Positions 47,167-57,125 of a DNA stretch of 64,000 nucleotides are shown in pieces (the stretch's first letter is position 1; the number at the start of each line of letters is the position of its first letter). This stretch comes from Syntrophales bacterium. Lineage in GTDB: Bacteria; Desulfobacterota; Syntrophia; Syntrophales; PHBD01. A program made the translations under genes and the position numbers. The stretch covers positions 3,488,001-3,552,000 of the forward strand of contig OY764159.1 of assembly GCA_963668175.1 (NCBI GenBank), given 5' to 3'. The notes under the pieces were generated by a model that was not told where the DNA came from, did no database searches, and saw nothing but the letters and a program-made list of their open reading frames with translations.

Positions 47167-48345
47167 CTATCCGCGGGGAAGCCCCAGACCGCGCTGGGCG
47201 ATGACCGTTCTCCCGACCTCGCTCGTTCCCGCCCCTATCGTCGTCATGAAGGAGTGCAGGAACTCCCATTCTATCCTTCCCTTCAGGGGAGCCCACTTGG
47301 AATCCTCCTTCAGTTGGCAGAACTGGTCCAGGATCTGCATCATGCTGTCGACCATGCGCTGTTCCATCTCGGAGACGAATACCTTCGTAATTTCAGGCTC
47401 GCAGGTCATGGGCAGGTTGTTCCATTCCATCCATCGGGCGTGATCGGCCAGCAGCGTGGACATGTCGATTTCCACGGCGATCTGGGCGATCTTGTCCCTG
47501 ACCATGGGGTTTTCGGCCAGCGGCACGCCTTTGAACGTCGTACTCCTGGCGTAGTCGATGATCATATTGAGATAGGGCGTATAGCGGCTCGGTACGAAGA
47601 CGTAATTCCGCTCGGACCCCAGGGCTTCCATCATATAGTAGAAGCCCTTGTTCTTCTCGCCCACGAGCCTGTTCTTGGGAACCTTCACGTCGTCGTAGAA
47701 GATCTCGTTGGTCCTCTCCCCGGACATGGTGATCATGGGTCTGATGGTGATGCCGGGGCTGCGCTGGTCGACGATGAAGAGACTGATCCCCTTGTAGGCG
47801 GAAACCTTGGAGTCCGTCTTGGCGGCCAGCCAGTGGTATTCCGAATAGTGGCTTTCCGTGTTGAACGTCTTCTGACCGTTCACGATGTAACAATCTCCGT
47901 CCTCAATGGCGGTCATTTTCATGTTGGCCAGGTCGGAACCGGCCTCCGGCTCCGTGTAGCCCAGACCGAACTCGATCTCCCCCTGGATAATCCGGGGAAT
48001 GAATTCCTTCTTCATCTCCGCGTTTCCCCTCCGCAGAATCGTGTGGCCGACCATCGTATAAGCCACATCGTTGGGGACATGCGCACCCCAGCGTTTTCCC
48101 AGTTCATCGATCAGGATGAAATCGTATATGGGCGGCAACCCCTTTCCGCCGTATTCCACCGGCCAACTCCATCCCATCAGCCCCGCGGCGTGAAGCTTCT
48201 TGGCGAAACCCCGCCCTAGATCGCCCAAACCAAGATCTTCCCAGTTTTCCCGGGCGATCTCCTCGGTCAGTTCCCTGTCGAGGAACGCAGCTACCTGCTG
48301 ACGGTAGGCTTCCTCTTCCTTTGAAATTCCAAAATCCCAAGCCAT
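47167..48345 (-). CDS. Acyl-CoA dehydrogenase, catalytic subunit (PimC/ChsE/FadE26-type)
   Basis: 'WPVEYGG', 'GYTEPEAGSDLA', 'NGQKTF', 'ALGSER', 'IGAGTSEV..TVIAQRGLGLPR'. Confidence 0.9.
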   Translation of the reverse strand: MAWDFGISKEEEAYRQQVAAFLDRELTEEIARENWEDLGLGDLGRGFAKKLHAAGLMGWSWPVEYGGKGLPPIYDFILIDELGKRWGAHVPNDVAYTMVGHTILRRGNAEMKKEFIPRIIQGEIEFGLGYTEPEAGSDLANMKMTAIEDGDCYIVNGQKTFNTESHYSEYHWLAAKTDSKVSAYKGISLFIVDQRSPGITIRPMITMSGERTNEIFYDDVKVPKNRLVGEKNKGFYYMMEALGSERNYVFVPSRYTPYLNMIIDYARSTTFKGVPLAENPMVRDKIAQIAVEIDMSTLLADHARWMEWNNLPMTCEPEITKVFVSEMEQRMVDSMMQILDQFCQLKEDSKWAPLKGRIEWEFLHSFMTTIGAGTSEVGRTVIAQRGLGLPRG

Positions 48346-48410
48346 GATCTACCTCCCGATTAACTTCAACGTTTACTGGTTCCTGTTGTGCCTCTGTTTC
48401 AACACCGGTG

Positions 48411-50117
48411 CTAAGGCATATGGATGGCCCCTCCCGCCAGCGTCAGCGCCGCTTCCATGATCGCTTCCGAAACCGTCGGATGGGGATGGATGGCATGGGC
48501 CAGTTCCTCGACCGTCATTTCCATGCTCATCCCTAAAACGGCTTCCGCAATCATGTCCGTCGCATGCGGGGCCAGGATATGCACCCCCAGCACCTCACCG
48601 TACTTCTTGTCGGAAATGATCTTCACCATTCCGTCCGTCTCATTGAGGATCAACGCCTTACCGTTTCCCCGAAGCGGGAAGCGGCCGACCTGGACATCGT
48701 GCGTCTTCTTGGCCTCCTCTTCCGTCAAGCCGACCGAGGCCACCTCGGGCGTCGTATAGATGCAGGAGGGCACGGCCCGGTAATTCATAACGGAATCGTG
48801 GCCCAGGGCGTTTTTGACGGCGCATTCGCCTTCGGTCGTGGCGACATGGGCCAGCATAACCCCGCCTATCGCATCGCCGGCGGCGTATATGCCGGGAACG
48901 TTCGTCTCCATGCGGTCGTTGACCTTGATGGCGCCCTTCTCAAGGGCAAGGCCCACCTTCTCCACGTTCAGACCGGTGAAATCCGGTTTCCTCCCTACCG
49001 CCAGGATGACGCTTTCCACGACGCATTCCGACACCTTGTCGTCGACGGCGTAATAGACCGTCTTCTGCCCGTTCTTGCCGCCGATGCCTTTGACTGCCGC
49101 CTTCGTGACGACCTTGACTCCCGAAGAAGCAACTATCTTTTCCAGGGTGGCGGCTATTTCCCGGTCCAGACCGGGAATCAGGTTCGGCATCAGTTCCAGG
49201 ATGGTGACGTCCACGCCCATTCCGTTCAGAAACTGGGCAAACTCCACGCCGATCACGCCGCCGCCGATGACGGCGACGCTTTTCGGAAGCTTCTCCATAC
49301 CCAGCACCTGATTGCTGTCCATAACGCCGGAGGTTTCGATGCCTTCGATAGGCAGCTTGCCCGGTTTCGATCCCGAGGCGATCAGGATCTTGTCGGCGGT
49401 GATTTTCTCTCCCGTCTCCGCAATCTGTACGGTCCGGTTATCGATCAACGCCGCCGTTCCCTTGACGATCTTCACCTTCTTCGCCGTAAGCAGGCTCTTC
49501 ACGCCGTTGCACAACTGCGAAACGACGGTGTTCTTGCGGTTCATGACGGCGGGGAAATCGATTTCGTAGCCCTTGCTGCGGATCCCGAACACTTCCGAAT
49601 GCTTGATGGCACTGGCAATGCCGGCGGAGTGCAGAAAGGCCTTCGTGGGAATGCATCCTAAGTTCAGGCAGGTGCCCCCCAGGGCGTCGCGTTCGATGAT
49701 AGTGACCTCTGCTCCCATGCGGGCCGCACGGATCGCCGCCGGATAACCGCCGACGCCGCCGCCGATTATAACGATCTTTGCTTTTCCCGCCGGTCCCTTG
49801 GGCGCCGGTGCGGGGGATGCAGCCGGCGTCGGTGCTTGTGCCGCTGCAGCGGCAGCGGGAAGCGTGTCGGCTTTTTCGCCGGGCTTCATGAGATAACCCA
49901 CCACGGCCCCTACCGGTACCGTCTCCTGCGCCTTGACGAGAATTTTTCCCAAAGTCCCGTCCTCCGGCGCCTCCACTTCATATGTGACCTTCTCCGTCTC
50001 CAGAACAAAAAGGATATCGCCCTTCTTGACGCTGTCTCCTTCCTTCTTCTTCCACTCTACGATGAGCCCCTCGGTCATGGTTAAACCGAGCTTCGGCATG
50101 ACGATTTCTAATGGCAT
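48411..50117 (-). CDS. lpdA: Dihydrolipoamide dehydrogenase (E3) with N-terminal lipoyl domain
   Basis: Lipoyl domain 'ETEKVT', 'GGGVGGY', 'GGTCLNLGCIPTK', 'GGGVIG.E', 'HPHPTVSE'. Confidence 0.95.
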   Translation of the reverse strand: MPLEIVMPKLGLTMTEGLIVEWKKKEGDSVKKGDILFVLETEKVTYEVEAPEDGTLGKILVKAQETVPVGAVVGYLMKPGEKADTLPAAAAAAQAPTPAASPAPAPKGPAGKAKIVIIGGGVGGYPAAIRAARMGAEVTIIERDALGGTCLNLGCIPTKAFLHSAGIASAIKHSEVFGIRSKGYEIDFPAVMNRKNTVVSQLCNGVKSLLTAKKVKIVKGTAALIDNRTVQIAETGEKITADKILIASGSKPGKLPIEGIETSGVMDSNQVLGMEKLPKSVAVIGGGVIGVEFAQFLNGMGVDVTILELMPNLIPGLDREIAATLEKIVASSGVKVVTKAAVKGIGGKNGQKTVYYAVDDKVSECVVESVILAVGRKPDFTGLNVEKVGLALEKGAIKVNDRMETNVPGIYAAGDAIGGVMLAHVATTEGECAVKNALGHDSVMNYRAVPSCIYTTPEVASVGLTEEEAKKTHDVQVGRFPLRGNGKALILNETDGMVKIISDKKYGEVLGVHILAPHATDMIAEAVLGMSMEMTVEELAHAIHPHPTVSEAIMEAALTLAGGAIHMP

Positions 50118-50154
50118 AATCTCTTTTCCTCGATGATGTCGTTTCTCTCTATAT

Positions 50155-50172
50155 TGACTGAGCGTTCAGTCA
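50155..50172. promoter_or_regulatory. TetR-type operator, copy 1 (between E2 and E3)
   Basis: TGACTGA-GCGT-TCAGTCA, perfect 7-bp arms. Confidence 0.75.
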
Positions 50173-50227
50173 TGTTTATTCTAAAAAAATAGACGGCAAA
50201 TAATATGTTTTAAAAATATCCTGTTCT

Positions 50228-51493
50228 CTACTGGGCAAAGACCGGCTCCTCCAGCATCTCTTTCAGTGTTTTCATGAACTTGCCGGCTTCCGCCCCGTCG
50301 ATGGTCCGGTGGTCGTAAGTCAGATTCACGGTCATCATGGGACGGATAACGACCTGCCCGTCCAAAGCGACGGGCTTGTCTATGATGGCGCCGACGGCCA
50401 GGATGGCGTTTTCCGGCTGGTTGATGATGGCCGTGAAGGTCTCCAGTCCGAACATGCCCATGGCGGACAGGGTAAACGTGCCCCCTTTGATGTCGTCGGG
50501 AAGGAACTTGTTCTCTTTGCCCTTCTTGATGAGCGAGACGCGGTCCGCGGCGATTTGGCCGTAACTCTTCTTGTTGATGTCCCGTATGACCGGAACGATG
50601 AGGCCGTCGTCCAGGGCCATCGCCATGCCCATGTGCACGTCGGGCAGGAACAGAACGCCCTTGTCTGTCCAGCGCGTATTGATGATCGGATGCTCCCGCA
50701 GGGCGGCGCCCGTGATCTTCATCATGACGTCGGTAATGGTGATCCGGACCCCGCGCTTCTTTTCGATGTAGGGGAGGAGCATTTCCCGGAGGTCCTGAAT
50801 CTTTGTTGCATCGATGGTGTTCCCCATATAGGCCTGGGCCGCTTCCACCTTGCTTGCCAGCATCTTCTTGGCAATGGTCCGGCGCATGCCTGTGAAAGCC
50901 GCGAGTGAGCCGTCGGCCTCGGATGCGGCGGCCGCCGATGCTCCTGAAGCCGCCGGCGCCTGCGCTGCTTCGGCCGGTGCCTGGCTTGCCCTGGCGGCGG
51001 CCTGCTGCTGTGCTTTCTCTACATCCTGGCGGGTAATACGGCCTCCGGAACCCGTTCCGGCAACACCGGCCAAATCCACGCCCGCTTCGCGCGCGATCTT
51101 CTTGGCCAGGGGTGTCGCCTTGACCCGACCCGCACCCGCGGCGCCTGCTGCGGCTACTGCGGCAGCAGGGGCGACTTCCGACGAACCGGCTGCCGGTGCA
51201 GCAGCGGCTGCCGCCGCAGTCGGCGCTCCGGCGGGAATGGCCGTCGCATCCTCTCCCGGCTTCAGAAGCCACCCGACGACCGCACCTACGGGAACCGTCT
51301 CCTGCGCCTGAACGGCGATTTTTCCCAGGACACCGTCTTCAGGGGCTTCCACGTCGTAGGTCACCTTTTCCGTCTCCAGGACAAAGAGGACGTCTCCCTT
51401 CTTGACCTCTTCACCTTCCTTCTTCTTCCATTCCACAATCAGCCCCTCGGTCATCGTGAGGCCGAGTTTCGGCATGACAATATCTAGCGGCAT
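50228..51493 (-). CDS. Dihydrolipoamide acyltransferase (E2)
   Basis: Lipoyl domain, Ala-rich linkers, PSBD '[27 protein letters not shown]', catalytic 'DHRTIDG'. Confidence 0.95.
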   Translation of the reverse strand: MPLDIVMPKLGLTMTEGLIVEWKKKEGEEVKKGDVLFVLETEKVTYDVEAPEDGVLGKIAVQAQETVPVGAVVGWLLKPGEDATAIPAGAPTAAAAAAAPAAGSSEVAPAAAVAAAGAAGAGRVKATPLAKKIAREAGVDLAGVAGTGSGGRITRQDVEKAQQQAAARASQAPAEAAQAPAASGASAAAASEADGSLAAFTGMRRTIAKKMLASKVEAAQAYMGNTIDATKIQDLREMLLPYIEKKRGVRITITDVMMKITGAALREHPIINTRWTDKGVLFLPDVHMGMAMALDDGLIVPVIRDINKKSYGQIAADRVSLIKKGKENKFLPDDIKGGTFTLSAMGMFGLETFTAIINQPENAILAVGAIIDKPVALDGQVVIRPMMTVNLTYDHRTIDGAEAGKFMKTLKEMLEEPVFAQ

Positions 51494-51504
51494 CGCAACT
51501 CTCC

Positions 51505-52287
51505 CTATTTTCCTGTGAAATTCGGTTTTCTTTTCTCCAGGAACGCACTCGTTCCTTCCTTCATGTCTTCCGTACTGAAACAGGTGATGCAGTTCTTCTG
51601 CGAATATTGGATGGCCTGCTCCAGCGGAAGGTCCATTCCGATTTCCACGGCGTCCTTGCACATCTCCACGGCGATGGGGGCATTGGCCATGATCTTTCTC
51701 GCCATCTCCTCCGCCGCCTTGAGAGCTTCCCCTTTCGGAACGACCTTATTGACCAGGCCGATATTCAGGGCCTCTTCCGCCGTCAGCGTATCTCCGGTCA
51801 GAAGCAGTTCGTAGGCCTTGCCCTTACCGACCAGTCTGGGCAGACGCTGCGTCCCCCCCGTGCCGGGGATGATTCCCAGCTTTACTTCCGGTAGGGCCAG
51901 TTTCGCTCCTTCCACCGCAATCCGGATGGAACACGACAGGGCCAACTCCAGGCCGCCGCCCATGGCCAGACCGTTCATGGCGGCAATCACGGGCTGTCGC
52001 AGTTTTTCAAGCTTGGCATGATTGCGAAGTACGCCTTCATTCCACCGCAGGATCGCCATCGGCGTCATCAGGCTCAGTTCCCTGATGTCGGCGCCGGCCT
52101 GGAATCCTTTGCCGGCCCCTGTCAGGATCAATACCTGGATCTCGTAATCATTGTTCACTGCGTCCAGGGCGTCGGCGAATTCATCGATGAGCTCCTGGCT
52201 GATGGCATTGAAAACCTCCGGACGGTTCAGCGTGATGTATCCGATCCCGTCTTTTTTCTCTAAAATAATCGTCTTGTATGCTTTCAT
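51505..52287 (-). CDS. Enoyl-CoA hydratase/isomerase
   Basis: 'LNRPEVFNA', 'AGADI', 'GGGLELAL', '[17 protein letters not shown]'. Confidence 0.92.
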   Translation of the reverse strand: MKAYKTIILEKKDGIGYITLNRPEVFNAISQELIDEFADALDAVNNDYEIQVLILTGAGKGFQAGADIRELSLMTPMAILRWNEGVLRNHAKLEKLRQPVIAAMNGLAMGGGLELALSCSIRIAVEGAKLALPEVKLGIIPGTGGTQRLPRLVGKGKAYELLLTGDTLTAEEALNIGLVNKVVPKGEALKAAEEMARKIMANAPIAVEMCKDAVEIGMDLPLEQAIQYSQKNCITCFSTEDMKEGTSAFLEKRKPNFTGK

Positions 52288-52317
52288 GTTTTTCTCCTCC
52301 CATGCTGTTCGCAGGAA

Positions 52318-53091
52318 TCACCAGCAGACCTGCCCCCCGTCGATGATAAGGCACGAACCGGTCATAAAGTCGGAAGCCGGGGAAGCAAGATACACAGCCA
52401 GGCCCCGCATGTCGTCCATCTGTCCCAAGCGACCGGCGGGGATGTTTTTCTTGATGATTTTCTTACCGACATCGGTTGCGAAAAAGTGTGTATTCATGGG
52501 TGTTTCGAAGTATCCGGGCTGGATGGCGTTCACCTGAATGTTGTGGCGGACCCATTCCAGGGCCATGACTTTGGTCAGCTGCTTGACGCCTCCCTTGCTG
52601 GCGCAGTAAGCCGACATATTCGGGAAGATGATGTCCGCACCGATGGACGCCACGTTGATAACCTTGCCGCCGTTTCCCTGCAGGACCATCTGCTTTGCCA
52701 CTGCCTGAGTCAGAACGAAAATGCCCCGCAGATCCGTCGCGACCGTCTGATCCCAGTCTTCCTCCGTCATTTTCAGGATGGGTTTCTCGCTGCCGCCGAC
52801 TCCCGCATTGTTGATCAGGATGTCGATATGCCCGTATTTTTCGACCACATCTTTAACCAGGAGGTTAATCTCTTCCGTGCTCGTGATGTCCAGCCTGTGC
52901 GGATACGTGGGGGCTCCGGTCCGGTCGGCGATTTCCTTGCACGCCTCTTCCAGCACGTTGATCCGTCTGGCGCACAGAACGATAGTGGCACCGGCATCCG
53001 CCAACCCTTCTGCGAGACCGCGGCCGATTCCCGTGGCGCCCCCCGTGATGATGGCTACTTTTCCTGTCAGGTCAAAATATGGAATGTTCAT
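52318..53091 (-). CDS. Short-chain dehydrogenase/reductase (KduD/gluconate-5-dehydrogenase-like)
   Basis: 'TGGATGIG', 'NNAG', 'YCASKGG', 'VNAIQPGYF'. Confidence 0.92.
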   Translation of the reverse strand: MNIPYFDLTGKVAIITGGATGIGRGLAEGLADAGATIVLCARRINVLEEACKEIADRTGAPTYPHRLDITSTEEINLLVKDVVEKYGHIDILINNAGVGGSEKPILKMTEEDWDQTVATDLRGIFVLTQAVAKQMVLQGNGGKVINVASIGADIIFPNMSAYCASKGGVKQLTKVMALEWVRHNIQVNAIQPGYFETPMNTHFFATDVGKKIIKKNIPAGRLGQMDDMRGLAVYLASPASDFMTGSCLIIDGGQVCW

Positions 53092-53106
53092 GGGTTCCTC
53101 CTTGTC

Positions 53107-54159
53107 TTATGGACTAACCAGGATTTTAACATGCTGATCCGGATGCTCCATCAAAGGCATCAACCCTTCTGCAACCAGATCCTTTACTTTGATGTGGCCT
53201 GTGATGAGGTCGCCGACCTTTACACGCCCGTCTTCCAGATAGGCGATAGCAGCGGAAAATTCGTCTTGATAGCCGCTGCTGAAGGCTATTTCCTTCTCAT
53301 GCCCCCAGAGTTTAATGAAGGGAACCGAAATCGGTTTGAGGGCCAAACCGACGATACATATCTTCGCCCTTCGTCCCGTCACCTTGACGCAGGTATCGAA
53401 GGAAGACTGGTTTCCCACACAGTCAAAGGCGATGTCGGCCCGCAGGCCGTCCGTCAGCGCCCCGATCTCCTTCCCGGCATCCACGGCCGTAGGATCGAAT
53501 ACGGCATTGGCACCTGTCTTCGCCGCCGTTTCCATCCGGGCCTTCATCGGTTCGATGACGTAGACATGTCCGGCCCCGGCGGCCTTGCAGGCCTGGAGCA
53601 CGAAAAGACCGATAGGACCGGCGCCGACGATGGCCACATTATCGCCGATTTTCATGCCGCTCCGGTTGACCGCGTGGACCGCCACGGCCAGGGGCTCCAC
53701 CATGGCGCCCATGTCGTCCGTCACGGAATCGGGAAGTTTGTGGATGCCGTACTCGGGATAGACGCCGTATTCCGCGAATGCGCCGTCCCAGGCAAATCCC
53801 ACCGTGCCAAGCTGCGTACACATGATATGGACACCCTTGCGGCAATAATGGCACTTTCCGCAATAAATCAGCGGATTGACGGTGACCCGGTCGCCGGGAT
53901 TGACGGAAACAACGCCGCTCCCGACCGCCAACACATCCGCCGAAAATTCATGACCTAGAACGATCGGCCCTCCGGAGCGCCCTGTCAGGGGATGGGGCTT
54001 CGCGGGAATAATGAACGGGCCGCTCCTGAACTCATGAAGATCGGAACCGCAGATACCGCACTGTTTAATCCGGACCAGAACCTGACCGGCTTCCAATTCG
54101 GGATCGGGATAATCCTCATAACGAATGTCCTCTTTTGAATACCATACCGCTGCTTTCAT
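53107..54159 (-). CDS. Zn-dependent 2,3-butanediol dehydrogenase-like MDR
   Basis: 'CGICGSDLHEF..GP.FIP..PHPLT', 'GHEFS', 'CGKCHYC..C', 'VEPLAV', 'GAGPIG'. Confidence 0.88.
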   Translation of the reverse strand: MKAAVWYSKEDIRYEDYPDPELEAGQVLVRIKQCGICGSDLHEFRSGPFIIPAKPHPLTGRSGGPIVLGHEFSADVLAVGSGVVSVNPGDRVTVNPLIYCGKCHYCRKGVHIMCTQLGTVGFAWDGAFAEYGVYPEYGIHKLPDSVTDDMGAMVEPLAVAVHAVNRSGMKIGDNVAIVGAGPIGLFVLQACKAAGAGHVYVIEPMKARMETAAKTGANAVFDPTAVDAGKEIGALTDGLRADIAFDCVGNQSSFDTCVKVTGRRAKICIVGLALKPISVPFIKLWGHEKEIAFSSGYQDEFSAAIAYLEDGRVKVGDLITGHIKVKDLVAEGLMPLMEHPDQHVKILVSP

Positions 54160-54172
54160 ATCATCATCCTTC

Positions 54173-55150
54173 CTAAAAACTTTTATCCAAGACGGCCTTC
54201 ACGGCCTTGGCGACATCTCCCGCATTCGGCACATAATGTTTTTCCAGGCTGTAGGATGCAGGAACAAAGGGCGCACCCACACGGACGATAGGGGCATCGA
54301 GCTCGTCCAGGATATCCTCGGCTGCCGCCGCAGCGATTTCCGCGCCGAATCCGAACTGCTTCACCGCTTCATGAGCGATAACCAGACGATGGGTTTTGCA
54401 GATGGACCGATAGACTGTTTCCTTGTCCCAGGGCTGGATGGTCATCAGATCGACCACTTCAACGCTTATCCCCTCTCCCGACAGGTCCTGCGCCGCTTTC
54501 AGGGACTCGTTGACCAGGCGCGATGCCGAGACGATCGTAACGTCCGTTCCCTCTCTCTTTACGTCCGCTTTTCCCAGAGGAACCAGATATTCTTCTTCCG
54601 GAACCGAACCCTTCATGGCGTGGAGTGTCTTGTTCTCGATGAAGATGACGGGATTGTCGTCCCGGACGGCCGATTTGAGCAACCCCTTCACATCATAGGG
54701 ATTGGCGGCCATGACGACCTTCAGACCCGGCACATGGGCGAACCAGGCCTCGAGACACTGGGAGTGCTGAGGACCGGCATTGAGCCCGCCGCCTTCGGGC
54801 ATGCGTATAACGATCGGCACTGTGTACTGGTTGCCGAACATATAGCGCATTTTGGCAACCTGATTGACGATGCTGTCCATGCAGCAGGTCACGAAATCCA
54901 TGAACATGATTTCGACGATGGGTCGGAGTCCGCAACTGGCGGCGCCGGCGGCAATGGAAGTGAAACCCTGCTCGCTGATGGGCGTATCGATCACGCGCTC
55001 CGGCCCGAATTTCTCGTACAGGCCTTTGCTAGCTCCGAAAGACCCTCCGGCCAGCCCCACGTCTTCGCCGATCAGGAAGACGCTTTCATCCCTGTCCATT
55101 TCCTCTTCCATGGCTTCTTTTATGGCAAATATATAGCGAATGTCCTTCAT
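54173..55150 (-). CDS. ThDP-dependent dehydrogenase E1 beta subunit (AcoB/PdhB-like)
   Basis: 'IGEDVG', 'DTPISEQG', 'EIMFMDF', 'QHSQ.LEAW', 'DAPIVRV'. Confidence 0.93.
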   Translation of the reverse strand: MKDIRYIFAIKEAMEEEMDRDESVFLIGEDVGLAGGSFGASKGLYEKFGPERVIDTPISEQGFTSIAAGAASCGLRPIVEIMFMDFVTCCMDSIVNQVAKMRYMFGNQYTVPIVIRMPEGGGLNAGPQHSQCLEAWFAHVPGLKVVMAANPYDVKGLLKSAVRDDNPVIFIENKTLHAMKGSVPEEEYLVPLGKADVKREGTDVTIVSASRLVNESLKAAQDLSGEGISVEVVDLMTIQPWDKETVYRSICKTHRLVIAHEAVKQFGFGAEIAAAAAEDILDELDAPIVRVGAPFVPASYSLEKHYVPNAGDVAKAVKAVLDKSF

Positions 55151-55173
55151 GCGCTGTTCTCCTCAGACAATTA

Positions 55174-55191
55174 TTAGTGATCGCTCACTCA
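55174..55191. promoter_or_regulatory. TetR-type operator, copy 2 (between E1 alpha and E1 beta)
   Basis: TTAGTGA-TCGC-TCACTCA in a 55-bp intergenic gap. Confidence 0.65.
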
Positions 55192-55205
55192 GTTTAGCCC
55201 GCCGA

Positions 55206-56165
55206 TTAAAGATACAGGCCGTCCATCATTTCCGAAACTTCCGGATAAGGGCACTCCCGGGCAAACAGAACCGCTTCTTCTATTTCCCGATCCAAATCGG
55301 CATTGATTCCTTCGATGTCCTGCTTCTTTACGACTTTCGACTTAAGGAGTTCCTTCTCGAAATCCGCAATGCAGTCCTTCGTCATGGCTTGCGCTACGGC
55401 TTCCTTGCCTCTGTATTTCTGTGCATCTCCGACATAGTGCCCGTACCACCGCTCGCTTCTCACCTCGATGAGCATCGGACCGTCCCCTTTTCGCGCCCGT
55501 TCGACGGCTTTTCCGGCTGCTTCGTAAATCTTCAGTACGTCGTTCTCAACAGATATTGCGGGGATATCGTAAGCTTCAGCGCGGCGGGTCACGGTTTCTA
55601 TCGGCATGTGGATCTTCTGCGGCGAGAATTCGGCCCAGCCGTTGTTTTCGCAGACATAGACAACCGGCAGTTTATGGATCGCTGCAATGTTCAGCGCCTC
55701 ATGGAAGGCCCCTTCTCCCGTCGCCCCTTCCCCGAAGGTAGCCACGGCGACACGGTCCGTCTTTTTGTATTTTTCGGCAAAGGCTGCGCCGGTCGCGATT
55801 GGAATGCCGGCTCCGACGATGCCGTTTGCCCCCATGATGCCTCTCGATTTATCGGCCAGGTGCATGGACCCGGATCTTCCGAGGCAGTACCCCGCTTTCT
55901 TGCCAAACAGTTCCGCCATGGCCTGCTTCAAATCGATGCCCTTGGCAATGGCATGACCATGTCCGCGATGCGTCGTTGCTATGTAATCTTCATTCGTCAA
56001 ATGACTGCATACTCCGACGGGTGTCGCTTCCTGTCCGATGCTCACATGGAGAAACCCCAGGATCTCTCCATTAGAGAATACTTCCATGAGTTTCTGTTCC
56101 GTCTTGCGGATCTTGACCATGGATTTGTACATATCGACCAGCTTTTCGTTTGTCGGTTTTACCAT
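55206..56165 (-). CDS. ThDP-dependent dehydrogenase E1 alpha subunit (AcoA/PdhA-like)
   Basis: 'GFLHVSIGQEA', 'THRGHGH', 'GSMH', 'GANGIVG', ThDP motif 'GEGA...ENN', 'RWYGHYVGD'; ATG after GGAGGAG. Confidence 0.93.
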   Translation of the reverse strand: MVKPTNEKLVDMYKSMVKIRKTEQKLMEVFSNGEILGFLHVSIGQEATPVGVCSHLTNEDYIATTHRGHGHAIAKGIDLKQAMAELFGKKAGYCLGRSGSMHLADKSRGIMGANGIVGAGIPIATGAAFAEKYKKTDRVAVATFGEGATGEGAFHEALNIAAIHKLPVVYVCENNGWAEFSPQKIHMPIETVTRRAEAYDIPAISVENDVLKIYEAAGKAVERARKGDGPMLIEVRSERWYGHYVGDAQKYRGKEAVAQAMTKDCIADFEKELLKSKVVKKQDIEGINADLDREIEEAVLFARECPYPEVSEMMDGLYL

Positions 56166-56198
56166 AACTCCTCCTTCCGCGTATTCCGATCTCATGAC

Positions 56199-56216
56199 TA
56201 AATGACTAGTCACTCA
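56199..56216. promoter_or_regulatory. TetR-type operator, copy 3 (upstream of E1 alpha)
   Basis: TAAATGA-CTAG-TCACTCA. Confidence 0.65.
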
Positions 56217-56248
56217 TTCTCACGTTTCGATAAAGCCATCATATCTGA

Positions 56249-56938
56249 CTATTTCTTCCCATTTTCATCCGATTTCTTTTCGCTTACGATTAACTCAATC
56301 CCTTTTTCCATGAAATCTATGATTCCCTCTTTGACCTCTTCCATGGAATCGAATCGGCGCGTCAGGCTCCATCGCCTCAGTACCAGCAGCACCGATGCAT
56401 ACGAGAGTATGTCCGCCGCAAGCTTCAATCTGAATTCATCGATTTTCTGATTTTTAAACCGTCTCCTTAACAGCGCCTCAAACAATTCCACATACCTCAT
56501 TTCCTGGGAAAGCACCGTTCTTATGGCGTCAGTATCGTATGCTCCCGACTCTCTGTACAGGAACATGATTTCATCTTGATTTTCAAAGACCAGATCCAGG
56601 TTCTTCTTCATAACCGTGCGGAATTCTTCCCTGGAATCTTCCACATTGTCCAACGCTTCATTCAATCCTTCCGAAAGAATCGTCGTCATGTGCTGGTAGC
56701 AGATATACAGGATGTCTTCTTTGGTTCTTACGTAATTATACATCGTCCCCATCGTGACGCCTGCGGCTTCAGCAATTTCCCGGACCGTCGCTTTATGGAA
56801 TCCTTTTTCCGAAAATACCTTTACCGCCCCCAGAACGATCTGCCTTCTTCTGCTTTCAATAAGATCTTCGTTCTTGATGCTTGATTCTATCCATTTGTTC
56901 TTCACTGGCTTGCTTTTGAAATTTTTTATGAGTGGCAT
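56249..56938 (-). CDS. TetR/AcrR family regulator
   Basis: 'RRRQIV..A.KVFSEKGFHKATVREIAEAAGVTMGTMYNYVRTKEDIL' HTH. Confidence 0.93.
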   Translation of the reverse strand: MPLIKNFKSKPVKNKWIESSIKNEDLIESRRRQIVLGAVKVFSEKGFHKATVREIAEAAGVTMGTMYNYVRTKEDILYICYQHMTTILSEGLNEALDNVEDSREEFRTVMKKNLDLVFENQDEIMFLYRESGAYDTDAIRTVLSQEMRYVELFEALLRRRFKNQKIDEFRLKLAADILSYASVLLVLRRWSLTRRFDSMEEVKEGIIDFMEKGIELIVSEKKSDENGKK

Positions 56939-57030
56939 ATTTAAACTTCATCCTTGCAATTTTTTTTCGACTATGAAATATATAGCCACACGTTGTCAAT
57001 ATTTAACCAGTTTTTTTTTTGAAAGAACAT

Positions 57031-57048
57031 TGATTGAGCCCTCACTCA
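57031..57048. promoter_or_regulatory. TetR-type operator, copy 4 (divergent tetR / DUF6125-like promoter region)
   Basis: TGATTGA-GCCC-TCACTCA; a minus-strand TTGACA at 57087-57082 lies upstream. Confidence 0.7.
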
Positions 57049-57125
57049 GTTTCGTTATTTAATATAGAACAACGTTTTTTTTGTCAAGAACTTTTTCAAA
57101 AGAAAACGAACAGGAGGTCATGTAA

